DNA of 64,000 nucleotides from an uncultured Armatimonadetes bacterium (lineage in GTDB: Bacteria > Armatimonadota > UBA5829 > DTJY01), in the NCBI GenBank assembly GCA_963717145.1, contig OY970325.1, positions 4,832,001 through 4,896,000 on the forward strand, read 5' to 3'. This document shows, piece by piece, positions 19,769-29,494 of this stretch. A program made the position numbers and the translations under genes. The notes beneath the pieces were generated by a model. The model saw only the letters and a program-made list of their open reading frames with translations. It was not told where the DNA came from and did no database searches. Position 1 is the first letter of the stretch. Each line of letters starts with the position of its first letter.

Positions 19769-21790
19769 TTGTTGAGACGATTCTTACCGATAACCGTTCT
19801 GATGCTGATCTGCAGTGCCGCGATGGCGGCTCAGACGTATACTTATGTCGATCTGGTCAACCGACTGACCGACCTGGAGGGCCTCTCGGTCCTTCCGGCG
19901 AAGGGCGAGACCTGCACGCAGTGGTCGAGCTACGACCGCGCAAGTTACTACGACGAGAAGACCGGCAAGTACGTGGGCTGGGATGCCAACGGTGACGGCG
20001 GTGGAGTCATTCGTGCTGAGGGCGACGGCTCCCTGGTGGCGGAGATGAAAGGCCCGGGGTGCATCTGGCGCATCTGGTCCGCTCTCGCGCAGGAGGGACA
20101 CGTCAAGATATACCTCGATGGCGCGACCGAGCCCGCAGTCGATCTGCCGTTCGCGGGCTATTTCGATCGAAAGAACGAACCGTTCGTCTTTCCCTCGCTC
20201 GTGCACATAGTGGCGAAGGGCTGCAACAATTACACGCCGATCCCGTACCAGAAGTCATGCCGCATCACGATGGACAAGGGGTGGGGGGCGTACTACCAGT
20301 TCGTCTATACGACTTTTCCCGAGAAGATCAAAGTGCCGACTTTCACCCGCGATCTTTCCGCAGAGGAACACGCCGCTCTCGCGAAGGCCGACCGCTTCCT
20401 CCGCATCAAACTCGGCACTGATCCCGCCGGACGGCGCACCGATCAGATCGTCGAAACCAGGCGCGTCTCGATCGCTCCCGGCAAGAAGGTGACTGTGGCC
20501 GACATCACAGGCAAGCGCGCGATCACCGGCATGCGGGTGAAGGTCGATCCCTCGCTGCTCACAGGTGAGGCGGATGCCCTGCGCGACGTTTCGCTCTCGA
20601 TCAACTGGGACGGCGAGAAGTCGCCGAGCGTCTGGTCGCCTCTGGGCGACTTCTTCGGCACGGGTCCCGGGTTCAACAAGTACAAGTCGCTGCCACTGGG
20701 TGTCACCGACGAGGGTATGTACTCGTACTGGTACATGCCGTTCGCGGAGAAGGCCGTTGTGCGGCTTTCGAACGACGGCAATGCTGCATTCACCGGCGAC
20801 GTCAGCATCACCCATGCGCCGGTCAGAAAGGCAATCGACTCGCTCGGCCGATTCCACGCGAAGTGGCACCGGGACGCGTTCCTCCCAACCGAGCCGGAAC
20901 GATGGATCGACTGGCCGATCGTGAAGACCGAGGGCGCGGGCCGATTCCTCGGCGTCAACCTCGAGGTCTGGAACCCGCGAGGCGGATGGTGGGGTGAGGG
21001 CGACGAGAAGTGGTTCGTCGACGGTGAGAAGTTCCCCTCGACGATCGGCACCGGCTCGGAGGACTACTTCGGGTACGCGTGGTGCGATCCGACCCTGTTC
21101 CAAAACGCCTACCACAACCAGACGAGGGTGAACGGCAACGTCGGCCACGTCGCCGTCAACCGCTGGCACATAGCAGACAACATCCCGTTCGCGAAGTCGT
21201 TCGAGGGCGATATCGAGAAGTACTACGCGAACGCCCGCCCGACGCTTTATGCCGCCACCGCCTACTGGTATCTCGATCGCAACGGCGCCGATCCGTACAG
21301 GGCCGTACCGCTGAAGGATCGCCGGTACTTCGTCCAGCCCAGGGTCGTCAGCAAGCCGGGCGTCATCGAGGGCGAGGCGCTCAACGTCTTGGGCAAGACC
21401 GGCGGTGATACCCAGCGTCAGGACCTCGCGCCGTTCATCGGTGGAAGCTGGAGCGGAGAGGCCCACCTCTGGTGGACTCAGGCCAAGCCCGGCGACAAGC
21501 TCGACCTCGAGATTCCGGTGCAGAAGTCGGGCAGTTATGACCTTATCGTTCGCATGACCAAGGCCGCGGATTACGGCATTGTTCAGATCTATCTCGACGG
21601 GCAGAAGGTCGGCGGACCGTTCGATCTCTACAATGACGGCGTGGTCGCGACCGGCGAGATCTCGCTGGGTAAGATGGACCTGTCGAAGGGTAACCACAAG
21701 CTGACCGTCGAGATCGTCGGTGCGAACGACAGGGCGATCAAGGCCTACATGTTCGGCCTCGACTACATCAAGCTGGCTGCCACAAAGTAG
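19769..21790 (+). CDS. DUF2961 / GH172 glycoside hydrolase with C-terminal CBM-like domain
   Basis: Signal peptide; SSYDR, GPGCIWRIWS, PLGDFFG, WWGEGDEK, GTGSEDYF. Confidence 0.85.
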   Translation: MLRRFLPITVLMLICSAAMAAQTYTYVDLVNRLTDLEGLSVLPAKGETCTQWSSYDRASYYDEKTGKYVGWDANGDGGGVIRAEGDGSLVAEMKGPGCIWRIWSALAQEGHVKIYLDGATEPAVDLPFAGYFDRKNEPFVFPSLVHIVAKGCNNYTPIPYQKSCRITMDKGWGAYYQFVYTTFPEKIKVPTFTRDLSAEEHAALAKADRFLRIKLGTDPAGRRTDQIVETRRVSIAPGKKVTVADITGKRAITGMRVKVDPSLLTGEADALRDVSLSINWDGEKSPSVWSPLGDFFGTGPGFNKYKSLPLGVTDEGMYSYWYMPFAEKAVVRLSNDGNAAFTGDVSITHAPVRKAIDSLGRFHAKWHRDAFLPTEPERWIDWPIVKTEGAGRFLGVNLEVWNPRGGWWGEGDEKWFVDGEKFPSTIGTGSEDYFGYAWCDPTLFQNAYHNQTRVNGNVGHVAVNRWHIADNIPFAKSFEGDIEKYYANARPTLYAATAYWYLDRNGADPYRAVPLKDRRYFVQPRVVSKPGVIEGEALNVLGKTGGDTQRQDLAPFIGGSWSGEAHLWWTQAKPGDKLDLEIPVQKSGSYDLIVRMTKAADYGIVQIYLDGQKVGGPFDLYNDGVVATGEISLGKMDLSKGNHKLTVEIVGANDRAIKAYMFGLDYIKLAATK

Positions 21791-21797
21791 CGCACTG

Positions 21798-21896
21798 TGT
21801 AGGAGGGATCTTCCGGGATGGTTCGTGCCCGGTAATCCCGAATGCCGTCGGTTCGGGATTACCGGGCACGAACCATCCCGGAAAATCCCTCCTACA
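21798..21896. repeat. REPIN-like inverted repeat, GTAGGAGGGAT family
   Basis: 45-bp arms with one mismatch; each arm has an internal CGGGAT...ATCCCG hairpin. Confidence 0.85.
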
Positions 21897-21917
21897 AATG
21901 ACATAGAGGTAACAAAC

Positions 21918-23003
21918 ATGCAATACCGCGATTTGGGAAAGACCGGGCTGAAGGTTTCCGCGCTCGCACAGGGGTGCATGCGATTCCCCGAGGACAAGCC
22001 GGAAGTGGGGGAGGAGATCGTCGATTCCGCGATCGCTGCCGGGATCAACTACTTCGAGACCGCGCGACTCTATATCAACGGCAAGTGCCAGCAGCTCACC
22101 GGGCTCGGCCTCAAAGGACGAAGCCGCGGGCTGATCGTCTCGGGCAAGGCGGGGATCAACGCCGAGACAACCGCCGAGAGCTATCGCAAGGAGATCGACC
22201 TCCAGATGGAATGCCTCGGCGTCGACTACCTCGAGTTCTGGCAGGTCGGCTGGATCTCGCTTGACAAGCTCCCATTCCTGACAAAGAAGGGCGGCCCCCT
22301 CGAGGCGCTCGACCGGGCGCGGACCGAGGGGATCATTGGCCACATCGGATTCACCGGCCACGACAAACCCGAGAACTTCATCAAGCTCATCGAGACCGGG
22401 CTGTTCGAGAGCCTGACCATCCCGTACAGCATCCTCGACCGCGCCTATGCCGGCACCATCAAGCGCGCCGGTGAGCTGGGAGTCGGTGTGATCGCAATGT
22501 GCCCGGTCGCGGGAGGGATGCTCGCCAGCCCGTCGCCGCAGATCCAGCAGCTCATCCCCGGCGGCGCGAAGACGACCGCCGCCGCCGCGCTCCAATTCGT
22601 GCTCGCCAATCCCGACGTGAGCTGCGCCTGCTCAGGGATGAACACGATGGAGATGCTTCGGGAGAACATCGAGACCGTGAACTCGTTCCAAGGGCTCGGG
22701 TCGGATGACTTCGCGCGCATGGACGCGATCCTCGATGAGTTCTCATCGCTCGGGAAGCAGTTCTGCACGGCGTGCGGATACTGCAAGGACTGCCCGACGG
22801 GAGTCGATATCCCCGGCAACTTCGGCCTCTACAACACGGCGAACGTCTACGGCCTCACGGACTACGCGCGGGCCCAGTACGCCGCGATGGAGGCCGGCAA
22901 GCGCGCGGATGCATGCGTCCGATGCGGCGAGTGCGAGCCGAAGTGCCCGAACACGCTCCCGATCATGGACCAGCTTGCCGAAGTGGCCGAGTGTCTTGGG
23001 TGA
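21918..23003 (+). CDS. Aldo/keto reductase with C-terminal 4Fe-4S dicluster
   Basis: MQYRDLGKTGLKVS...GCMRF, GINYFETA; CTACGYCKDCP and CVRCGECEPKCP. Confidence 0.9.
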   Translation: MQYRDLGKTGLKVSALAQGCMRFPEDKPEVGEEIVDSAIAAGINYFETARLYINGKCQQLTGLGLKGRSRGLIVSGKAGINAETTAESYRKEIDLQMECLGVDYLEFWQVGWISLDKLPFLTKKGGPLEALDRARTEGIIGHIGFTGHDKPENFIKLIETGLFESLTIPYSILDRAYAGTIKRAGELGVGVIAMCPVAGGMLASPSPQIQQLIPGGAKTTAAAALQFVLANPDVSCACSGMNTMEMLRENIETVNSFQGLGSDDFARMDAILDEFSSLGKQFCTACGYCKDCPTGVDIPGNFGLYNTANVYGLTDYARAQYAAMEAGKRADACVRCGECEPKCPNTLPIMDQLAEVAECLG

Positions 23004-23025
23004 CGCGCACGCAACCCATTGAACT

Positions 23026-23092
23026 GTAGGGGCGAAGCATTGGCCCATCGGACAGCAACCAGATCTGGGACAACATGCCAATGCTTCGCCCC
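23026..23092. repeat. REP-like inverted repeat, GTAGGGGCGAAGCATTGGC family (copy 1)
   Basis: GGGGCGAAGCATTGGC...GCCAATGCTTCGCCCC; second copy at 27150-27216. Confidence 0.8.
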
Positions 23093-23108
23093 GCATGTGG
23101 AGTGACGG

Positions 23109-23480
23109 ATGGCTGCGGAATCGAAGCGAATTCTCTTTCTGGATGACAGCCCGGCCCGCGCGCGGGCGTTCCTCCGAGAGCATCCGGATGCGGTTTGGGT
23201 GAAGACGGCCGCTCAGTGCGTCGAGCGACTCGGGGAGACTTGGGACGAGGTGGACCTCGACTACGACCTCGGATGGGGCGTTCGGACCGATCCCGAGGTC
23301 GAGGAGTCGGGGATGGGCGTAGTCAACTGGATTGTGAGGCACAAGCCGGAGCACGTGCGCAACACGGCGTTCATCGTCCATTCGCACAGTCGGAATGCAG
23401 CAGGCCGGATGGTTGATGAACTGCAGGCCGCGGGATACTATGCCATCCGCCGCCCGTTCGATCAGGCATCAGGGGACTAG
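23109..23480 (+). CDS. Stand-alone cyclic-phosphate-processing receiver (cREC)-like protein
   Basis: ILFLDD...R, LDYDLG, SG..VV.WI, IVHS.S..A..RM pattern; lacks the canonical REC KP. Confidence 0.65.
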   Translation: MAAESKRILFLDDSPARARAFLREHPDAVWVKTAAQCVERLGETWDEVDLDYDLGWGVRTDPEVEESGMGVVNWIVRHKPEHVRNTAFIVHSHSRNAAGRMVDELQAAGYYAIRRPFDQASGD

Positions 23481-23488
23481 GTGGGCAT

Positions 23489-23553
23489 GTAGTGGCCGTG
23501 CCTCCGTGCCGGCCATGCCGTGTTGCAGGCCGGCACGGAGGCACGGCCACTAC
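23489..23553. repeat. REPIN-like inverted repeat, GTAGTGGCCGTGCCTCCGTGCCGGCC family (copy 1)
   Basis: 26-bp perfect arms; identical arms at 31238-31302. Confidence 0.85.
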
Positions 23554-23577
23554 GGTCGAGATGAGTAGGAGCTTGAT

Positions 23578-24579
23578 ATGGAATACGTTCGACTAGGCAA
23601 CGCGGGGATCGAGGTGTCGCGCCTCGGGCTGGGGTGCATGGATTTCCCGGTGCGACTCGGCGAGGCCGAGTCCGCCAGACTCGTGGGCCGAGCGATGGAG
23701 ATGGGAATCAACCTCCTCGACACCGCTGATACATACGACGACGGTCAGAGCGAGGAGATCCTCGGCAAGATCATCAAGGGCAAACGCGACCGGATCATCC
23801 TCGCAACCAAGTTCTGGGCCGTAATGTACAAGCGCCCGAACGGCGGAGGATGCTCGCGGGTCCACATCATGCAGGCGGTCGAGGACAGCCTCCGACGCCT
23901 CCAAACCGACCACATCGACCTCTATCAGCTCCACCATCCCGACATCAACACGCCGGTCGAGGAGGTCCTCTCCACGCTCGATGTGCTCGTCAAGCAGGGG
24001 AAGATCCGGTATATCGGTGTCTCGAACCACTACGCCTGGCAGATGGCGCACATGCTCGGGGTCAGCGCCCTCCACAACTGGGAGCCGCTCGTCTCGATCC
24101 AGTGCCGGTACAACATCATCGACCGCGTGATCGAGAACGAGACCGTCCCGTTCTGCGAGCGGTTCAACATCGCCACATTGATCTACGGGCCGCTCAACGG
24201 AGGCATCCTCGCGGGCAAGCTGCACAAGGGCGAGCCGCCGCCCGAGGGATCGCGCCTCCAGAAAGCTCGGAGCTACCAGGACAAACTGACCGAAGACGCA
24301 TGGCATCTCCTGGACGAGCTTCGAGGGATCGCTGAGAAGAACAATGTCGGGATGAACCAGCTTGCGTTCCTGTGGCTGCTCTCGAAGCGCGTTGTGACCA
24401 CGATCCTGGTCGGTGGCAGTAAGCCTGAGCACTTCGAGCCGATCTACGGCGTGGGCGACTTGAAGATCGATCCGGCGGACCTGGCGCGGATCGACGAACT
24501 CTCGGACAACTGGAGATACGGCCCGTTCCACAACCAGCGCGTGACCCACGGCGCGCCGCTCGCGGAGAACTGGTGGTAG
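23578..24579 (+). CDS. Aldo/keto reductase (aryl-alcohol dehydrogenase-like)
   Basis: LG..G..VSRLGLGCM, DTADTY, SEEILG, SLRRLQTDHIDLYQLH, GKIRYIGVSN. Confidence 0.9.
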   Translation: MEYVRLGNAGIEVSRLGLGCMDFPVRLGEAESARLVGRAMEMGINLLDTADTYDDGQSEEILGKIIKGKRDRIILATKFWAVMYKRPNGGGCSRVHIMQAVEDSLRRLQTDHIDLYQLHHPDINTPVEEVLSTLDVLVKQGKIRYIGVSNHYAWQMAHMLGVSALHNWEPLVSIQCRYNIIDRVIENETVPFCERFNIATLIYGPLNGGILAGKLHKGEPPPEGSRLQKARSYQDKLTEDAWHLLDELRGIAEKNNVGMNQLAFLWLLSKRVVTTILVGGSKPEHFEPIYGVGDLKIDPADLARIDELSDNWRYGPFHNQRVTHGAPLAENWW

Positions 24580-24580
24580 G

Positions 24581-24640
24581 GGGAGGGGAGTATGGGAGTG
24601 CGGGAGTCTACTCCCATACCCCCATACTCCCATACTCTCC
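24581..24640. repeat. Octamer (GTATGGGA/CCCATACT) tandem repeats in inverted arrangement between convergent genes
   Basis: GGGAGTATGGGAGTGCGGGAG followed by CTCCCATACCCCCATACTCCCATACTCTCCC. Confidence 0.75.
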
Positions 24641-25915
24641 CTACCCCCGCTCGATCGTCTGAGTCCGCTCCGGGCCGACGCTGATGAATTCGACCGGGAC
24701 CCCGACCAGCGCTTCCACATGCTTCACGTATGCCTGCGCGTTCGCCGGGAGGTCCGCAAACCGCCTGATGTCCGAGATCTCCTCCTGCCAGCCGGGGACT
24801 TCATCGTAGACCGGTACGCACTCGGTGATCGAGTCCCAATCCCCGGGCAAGTCCGCGCTCACGACGCCGTCGCATCGGTACGCCTTGCAGATTCTCAGCT
24901 TATCGATCCCGCCAAGAACGTCCAGCAGAGTCAGCGAGAGGCCGGTCATGCCGTTCACCATCGCCGAATACCGGATGGCGACGACATCGAGCCAGCCGCA
25001 TCGTCTCGGGCGGCCGGTCGTCGTGCCGTACTCGTGTCCGCGCTCGCGGATGTAGTTGCCGGTCTCGTCGAGCAGTTCGGTCGGAAAAACTCCCGCTCCG
25101 ACTCGGGTCGTGTATGCCTTCGCTACGCCGATGATGCGCTCGATCGACCTCGGACCGACGCCGGTTCCGATGCATGCGCCGCCTGCACCGGTGTGCGATG
25201 ACGTCACGAACGGGTACGTGCCGTAGTCGATGTCGAGCAGCGTGCCCTGCGCGGCCTCGAAGAGCAGCTTCTTCCCCTCAGAGGCGGCTCTGGCCACCAT
25301 GTAGTCGGTGTCCGCGACGAAGGGCTTGATGCGCGCCGCATAGGCCGAGTACTCCTCGTAGATCGCCGACTCCGACAGCGGCTCAGCGCCGTAGACCTTC
25401 TCCAGCAGCGCATTCTTGAACGCCATGTTCTCCGCCAGTCGCACTCTGAACCGGTCGGGATCGACCAGGTCGGCGACTCGGATCCCGATACGCGACGCCT
25501 TGTCGGCATAGACCGGGCCGATGCCTCGTGCCGTCGTGCCGATGGCCTTCCCGCCCTTGCGCTGTTCCTCCAGGAGGTCGAGGACCGGGTGATACGGCAT
25601 GATGACGTGCGCATTCCGGCTGATCTTCAGCTTGTCGACAACGATCCCGCGGCCTATCAGCCCGTCCAACTCGCCGACGAGCACCTTGGGGTCGATGACC
25701 ACGCCGTCCGACACGACGGGGATAACGTCGGGGTATAGGATCGCGCAGGGGACGATGTGGAACTTGAACGTCTCCGAGCCGACCACCACTGTGTGGCCCG
25801 CGTTGTTGCCGCCATTATATCTGACGCCTACATCCGCCTTGCCGGCGAGGTAGTCGATGATCTTTCCCTTTGCTTCGTCGCCCCACTGGGCGCCTATGAC
25901 GACGGTGTTTGCCAT
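24641..25915 (-). CDS. purA: Adenylosuccinate synthetase
   Basis: GAQWGDEAKGK, GGNNAGHT, GTYPFVTSS, EYGTTTGRPRRCGWLD. Confidence 0.97.
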   Translation of the reverse strand: MANTVVIGAQWGDEAKGKIIDYLAGKADVGVRYNGGNNAGHTVVVGSETFKFHIVPCAILYPDVIPVVSDGVVIDPKVLVGELDGLIGRGIVVDKLKISRNAHVIMPYHPVLDLLEEQRKGGKAIGTTARGIGPVYADKASRIGIRVADLVDPDRFRVRLAENMAFKNALLEKVYGAEPLSESAIYEEYSAYAARIKPFVADTDYMVARAASEGKKLLFEAAQGTLLDIDYGTYPFVTSSHTGAGGACIGTGVGPRSIERIIGVAKAYTTRVGAGVFPTELLDETGNYIRERGHEYGTTTGRPRRCGWLDVVAIRYSAMVNGMTGLSLTLLDVLGGIDKLRICKAYRCDGVVSADLPGDWDSITECVPVYDEVPGWQEEISDIRRFADLPANAQAYVKHVEALVGVPVEFISVGPERTQTIERG

Positions 25916-26011
25916 GAGCCCACGTCCTTCCAAGCGTTCATAAAACGCGCAAAGTGGATAACTACCCTCATCCGAGGGGCGCTATCCACTCGCTTTTCCC
26001 AAAACCTGTCG

Positions 26012-26040
26012 AGTATACCAGCTTCCCGCCGACCTGTCAA
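26012..26040 (-). promoter_or_regulatory. sigma70 promoter for purA
   Basis: TTGACA-17-TATACT with extended TG. Confidence 0.75.
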
Positions 26041-26242
26041 CAATCCGGCGGCCTTGGGGTGCATTTCCGCAGAGTGGGTCAGCCTCTCGTTATGCCACCA
26101 GAGTGGCTACTCGAGGAGAACGGTTGGGTGGTCTGCCAGGCTTCCCAAGCCCCAACCGTCTAGTCTCGAGTAGGTTTCTCTGGAAACCATAACGAGAGAC
26201 GGTCGCCACCACTCGACCCGAATGCACCCGCAGCCTTGCAGT

Positions 26243-27106
26243 CTATTCCGCAGCCGGATGCAGAGTGAGAACCGTCATTTCCGGCCGGCAGCGAAAACGC
26301 ACGGGGACAAGGGTCGTCCCTGTGCCGACCCCGCGGTTGATGTACACCGGCATGCCATTGACCTCGTGCAGGCCCGATACCACCTTCCGACCGAGGTCCG
26401 AACTCGACAACAGCGCCCCTATGCCCGGCAGGACGATCAGCCCGCCGTGCGTGTGGCCCGAAAGCACCAGGTCGGCAAGTCGGCCATCCATCCGGAGCGC
26501 CGAATCGGGGTTGTGGGCGAGGACGATGCATGCGTCATCCTCCTCTATGTCCTCGAATGCCTTCGCGAAGTCGGGATCGCCCTCCCAGAGGTCGTCCGTG
26601 CCGACGATCCGGATGCGCCCCGCACCGATCTTCACATCCCGTGACTCGTCGAACAGGACGTCGATGCCGTTGTCGAGCAGGGCCTTCGTGATCGCGTCTT
26701 CGTCCTCCCAGTAGTCGTGGTTGCCCAGGATCGCGTAGACGCCGTGTTTGGCCTTCAATCCGCTGAGCGCCTTGCCGATCCCGGGGATATCCTTCGTCAG
26801 CCTGGTGAGGAAATCGCCCGTGAGGACCACCGCATCCGGCTTCTGTGCGTTCGCAAGCGCGACGAACCCTCGGACCTGCTCGTTCTTCACCCACGCCCCA
26901 ACGTGGATGTCGCTGATCTGCACGATTCGGAAGCCGTCGAACTCCCGAGGGAGGTCAGTGATCGTGATCTGCCGCTGGGTGACCTCGATCATCCTGGGCT
27001 CGATCAACATGGCGTATATCATCAACGCCAGGATCGGTATGCCGATCAGGAGGGCGGCCAGTCTGAATCGCCGGGTGCGGCGCATGAGGTTTCGCAGAGC
27101 GTTCAT
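26243..27106 (-). CDS. Metallophosphoesterase (YkuE/YaeI-like), membrane-anchored
   Basis: SDIH, TGDF, GNHD, LAHNPD, SGHTHGG. Confidence 0.9.
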   Translation of the reverse strand: MNALRNLMRRTRRFRLAALLIGIPILALMIYAMLIEPRMIEVTQRQITITDLPREFDGFRIVQISDIHVGAWVKNEQVRGFVALANAQKPDAVVLTGDFLTRLTKDIPGIGKALSGLKAKHGVYAILGNHDYWEDEDAITKALLDNGIDVLFDESRDVKIGAGRIRIVGTDDLWEGDPDFAKAFEDIEEDDACIVLAHNPDSALRMDGRLADLVLSGHTHGGLIVLPGIGALLSSSDLGRKVVSGLHEVNGMPVYINRGVGTGTTLVPVRFRCRPEMTVLTLHPAAE

Positions 27107-27149
27107 ACTCTGCTCTACGGAGAAGCAAGCGGTGTGGTTCCGGACACAA

Positions 27150-27216
27150 GTAGGGGCGAAGCATTGGCCAGTCGGATTCGAACTAGTTTCCGGACCTCAT
27201 CGCCAATGCTTCGCCC
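27150..27216. repeat. REP-like inverted repeat, GTAGGGGCGAAGCATTGGC family (copy 2)
   Basis: Same arms as 23026-23092, different spacer. Confidence 0.8.
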
Positions 27217-27252
27217 ACTCACATCATACCGTGAAGCCCGGGCGGGAAGCGC

Positions 27253-27283
27253 GTTGGGGCGGGAGTTCAACTCCCGCCCCAAC
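27253..27283. repeat. Solo hairpin related to the RAYT-associated REP (GGAG-TTCAA-CTCC core)
   Basis: GTTGGGGCGGGAG TTCAA CTCCCGCCCCAAC. Confidence 0.6.
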
Positions 27284-27310
27284 CCCGAACCTTGAACCTC
27301 TGAGTCGCCG

Positions 27311-27841
27311 CTACGGTCGCGTGGATGCGGGCGGTTTTGTCGTGCCACCCACCTGCTGCTCGGTGATGACTCGACCATCCTTTGTCAGTTTGATCGGAGT
27401 CGGCGGCTGTCCCGGTACCATGGCATGGTGACGGCATACCACCACGACTGTATCACCCGGAGCCGTCGGCGCGGGCCGAGTGTACTCATAGGCGCACACT
27501 GCGGCTGTCTGACCGCTCGACGGGCACTGGAGCATCCCCTGGTTCGCTGCATACTTGGGATACAGATCCGCCAGCATAGCCGGGTACTTCCCATTGTTAT
27601 CCGCCGCATACTTGTTGAGGGCCTTGCCGATCTGATCGAGATTCTGGCTGCATCCGGCAATGAGTTGACCCTGCTGCATTGCCCTCTGGAATATCGGGTT
27701 CTTCTTGACGAAAACTACGCCCCAGACGGTCAGACCGATCAGGATCACGATGATGACGCCGCATCCGATCCCTCCGATCTTGAGGCATGAGCTTGTCCCG
27801 CTCTTCTGCGGAGGCTCGCCTGGATACTGATTGGTGGACAT
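27311..27841 (-). CDS. Membrane protein with pseudopilin-like (GspG/DUF1559-type) extracytoplasmic part
   Basis: N-terminal TM helix, then CSQNL.QIG.AL..YA.D..GKYP..L.DL...LQCP; AGGAGG RBS. Confidence 0.6.
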   Translation of the reverse strand: MSTNQYPGEPPQKSGTSSCLKIGGIGCGVIIVILIGLTVWGVVFVKKNPIFQRAMQQGQLIAGCSQNLDQIGKALNKYAADNNGKYPAMLADLYPKYAANQGMLQCPSSGQTAAVCAYEYTRPAPTAPGDTVVVVCRHHAMVPGQPPTPIKLTKDGRVITEQQVGGTTKPPASTRP

Positions 27842-27880
27842 ATGCTTCAACCCTCCTGGATTTGGGTGACGAACGCACAC

Positions 27881-27909
27881 ATAATAGCCTAGGATATGCT
27901 ATCCGTCAA
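27881..27909 (-). promoter_or_regulatory. sigma70 promoter for the 27311-27841 gene
   Basis: TTGACG-17-TATTAT. Confidence 0.55.
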
Positions 27910-27944
27910 CCATATAGACGCGCGGGGAGCACCAAAGTTGCGCA

Positions 27945-29444
27945 GTAAGAGTTCACGATCATTGATAATCTGAGGAAGGTACCCCAGGATCGGCTGTCGA
28001 ATGGTAGGTTGTGAACGATCTCGGCAACCTATCAAGAGAAGAACTGATCGGCATCGTCTTGGAGCAGCACCAGGCGATCCGAGAGCAGCATCAGGCCGTC
28101 CTGGAGTTGCGTGAAGGTGTAGACACCCTGACCGAACGCGTCCGAGCGCTTGAGAAGGAGAATGAAGAACTCCGGTCCAAGCTCGGTGGCGGCGGCAGGA
28201 CGATACCTGCCTTTGTGAAGGCAAACCGGCCCGAGCGCAAGAAGAAGGATCGCAAGAAGCGGCAGAAGTCGTTTGCCCGCTTGAGGGAGACCCCCACGGA
28301 GATCGTGGAGCACGCGCTCGACACCTGTCCCGACTGCGGCAGGAAGCTCTCCGGCGGCACGATGCATCACAGCCGGCAGGTGATCGAGATACCGGTGATG
28401 CCGGTCAGGATCATCGAGCACCTGGTGATCGGACGGTACTGCGGAGTCTGCCACAAGATACACGTGCCGAAGCTCGACCTCTCCGAAGAGGTGGTCGGGA
28501 CACACCGGGTGGGCATCCGGCTGATGAGCCTGGTGAGCTATCTCCACACGGTCGGTAGAATGCCGGTCGAGCGTGTGCAGAAGCTTCTGGAATCACTCTA
28601 CGGTCTGCATCTCGGGCGCGGAGAGATCACAAAGATACTACATACGGTAGCATCCATGGGGAAGTCGGAGGTAGAGAAGCTTCTTCATGCGGTGCGGGGA
28701 AGCCCTGCGGTGAACGCGGATGAGACCGGCTGGCGGGAAGACGGGAGGAACGGATACATCTGGAGCTTCTCGACGCCACGCGTGCGCTACTTCATCCGAG
28801 ACAAGAGTCGGAGCGGAGAGGTCGCAAAGGATGTGCTGGGAGAGGACTACGGCGGTGTAGTCGTAAGCGACTTCTACTGCGGTTACAACGTGCTCTTGGG
28901 GCGGCATCAGCGGTGCTGGGTGCACTACCTGCGGGACTTGCGAACGCTCGTCGAGGCGAACCCTGACAAGAGAGGGGTAGCAGTCTGGGTCGGCAAGGTC
29001 AAGGCCGTTTACAGACGCGCGAAGAGATATTCGAACGAGGAGTCGAAGGCTCGGCACGAGCAGCGGATCGCATTCGAGGAAGAGTTGTATCGGCTCGCCA
29101 GGCCATACCTGAAGCGGGATGTTCCCCAGCGGATACTGGCTCAGCGGATCGAGAGGTTCCTGCCGGAGCTGTTTGTCTTCGTAGAATGTCCGGAAGTACC
29201 AAGCGAGAACAACGCGGCCGAGCGAGCGATCCGGCCTGCGGTAACGGCTCGCAAGATCAGCGGCGGCACACGGTCGGCCAAGGGATCTGAGACCCGCATG
29301 GCGCTGATGAGTCTATTCGGGACCTGGCACTTGCGTGGTGAAGATGCGATGGAGTCATGCCGGCGGATGCTCATGGGCGTTCCTCAGACACCCGCGACCG
29401 ATCCAGCCTGACAAACTTCACTATCAACGATCGTGAACTCTTTC
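27945..29444 (+). mobile_element. IS66-family insertion sequence (single-ORF, ISBst12-like), 1500 bp
   Basis: IRL GTAAGAGTTCACGATCATTGATA; IRR (reverse complement) GAAAGAGTTCACGATCGTTGATA; 8-bp TSD GTTGCGCA at 27937-27944 and 29445-29452. Confidence 0.93.
28011..29411 (+). CDS. tnpC: IS66 family DDE transposase
   Basis: Coiled coil, CPDCG zinc finger, ADETGW, VSDFY, QRCWVH..R, NNAAERAIR. Confidence 0.95.
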   Translation: MNDLGNLSREELIGIVLEQHQAIREQHQAVLELREGVDTLTERVRALEKENEELRSKLGGGGRTIPAFVKANRPERKKKDRKKRQKSFARLRETPTEIVEHALDTCPDCGRKLSGGTMHHSRQVIEIPVMPVRIIEHLVIGRYCGVCHKIHVPKLDLSEEVVGTHRVGIRLMSLVSYLHTVGRMPVERVQKLLESLYGLHLGRGEITKILHTVASMGKSEVEKLLHAVRGSPAVNADETGWREDGRNGYIWSFSTPRVRYFIRDKSRSGEVAKDVLGEDYGGVVVSDFYCGYNVLLGRHQRCWVHYLRDLRTLVEANPDKRGVAVWVGKVKAVYRRAKRYSNEESKARHEQRIAFEEELYRLARPYLKRDVPQRILAQRIERFLPELFVFVECPEVPSENNAAERAIRPAVTARKISGGTRSAKGSETRMALMSLFGTWHLRGEDAMESCRRMLMGVPQTPATDPA

Positions 29445-29459
29445 GTTGCGCAGGCTAAG

Positions 29460-29488
29460 TTGACTTTGGCCCCTCACAAACGTATACT
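29460..29488 (+). promoter_or_regulatory. sigma70 promoter (leaderless) for the ispE operon
   Basis: TTGACT-17-TATACT; GTG 6 nt downstream. Confidence 0.65.
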
Positions 29489-29494
29489 ATACGA

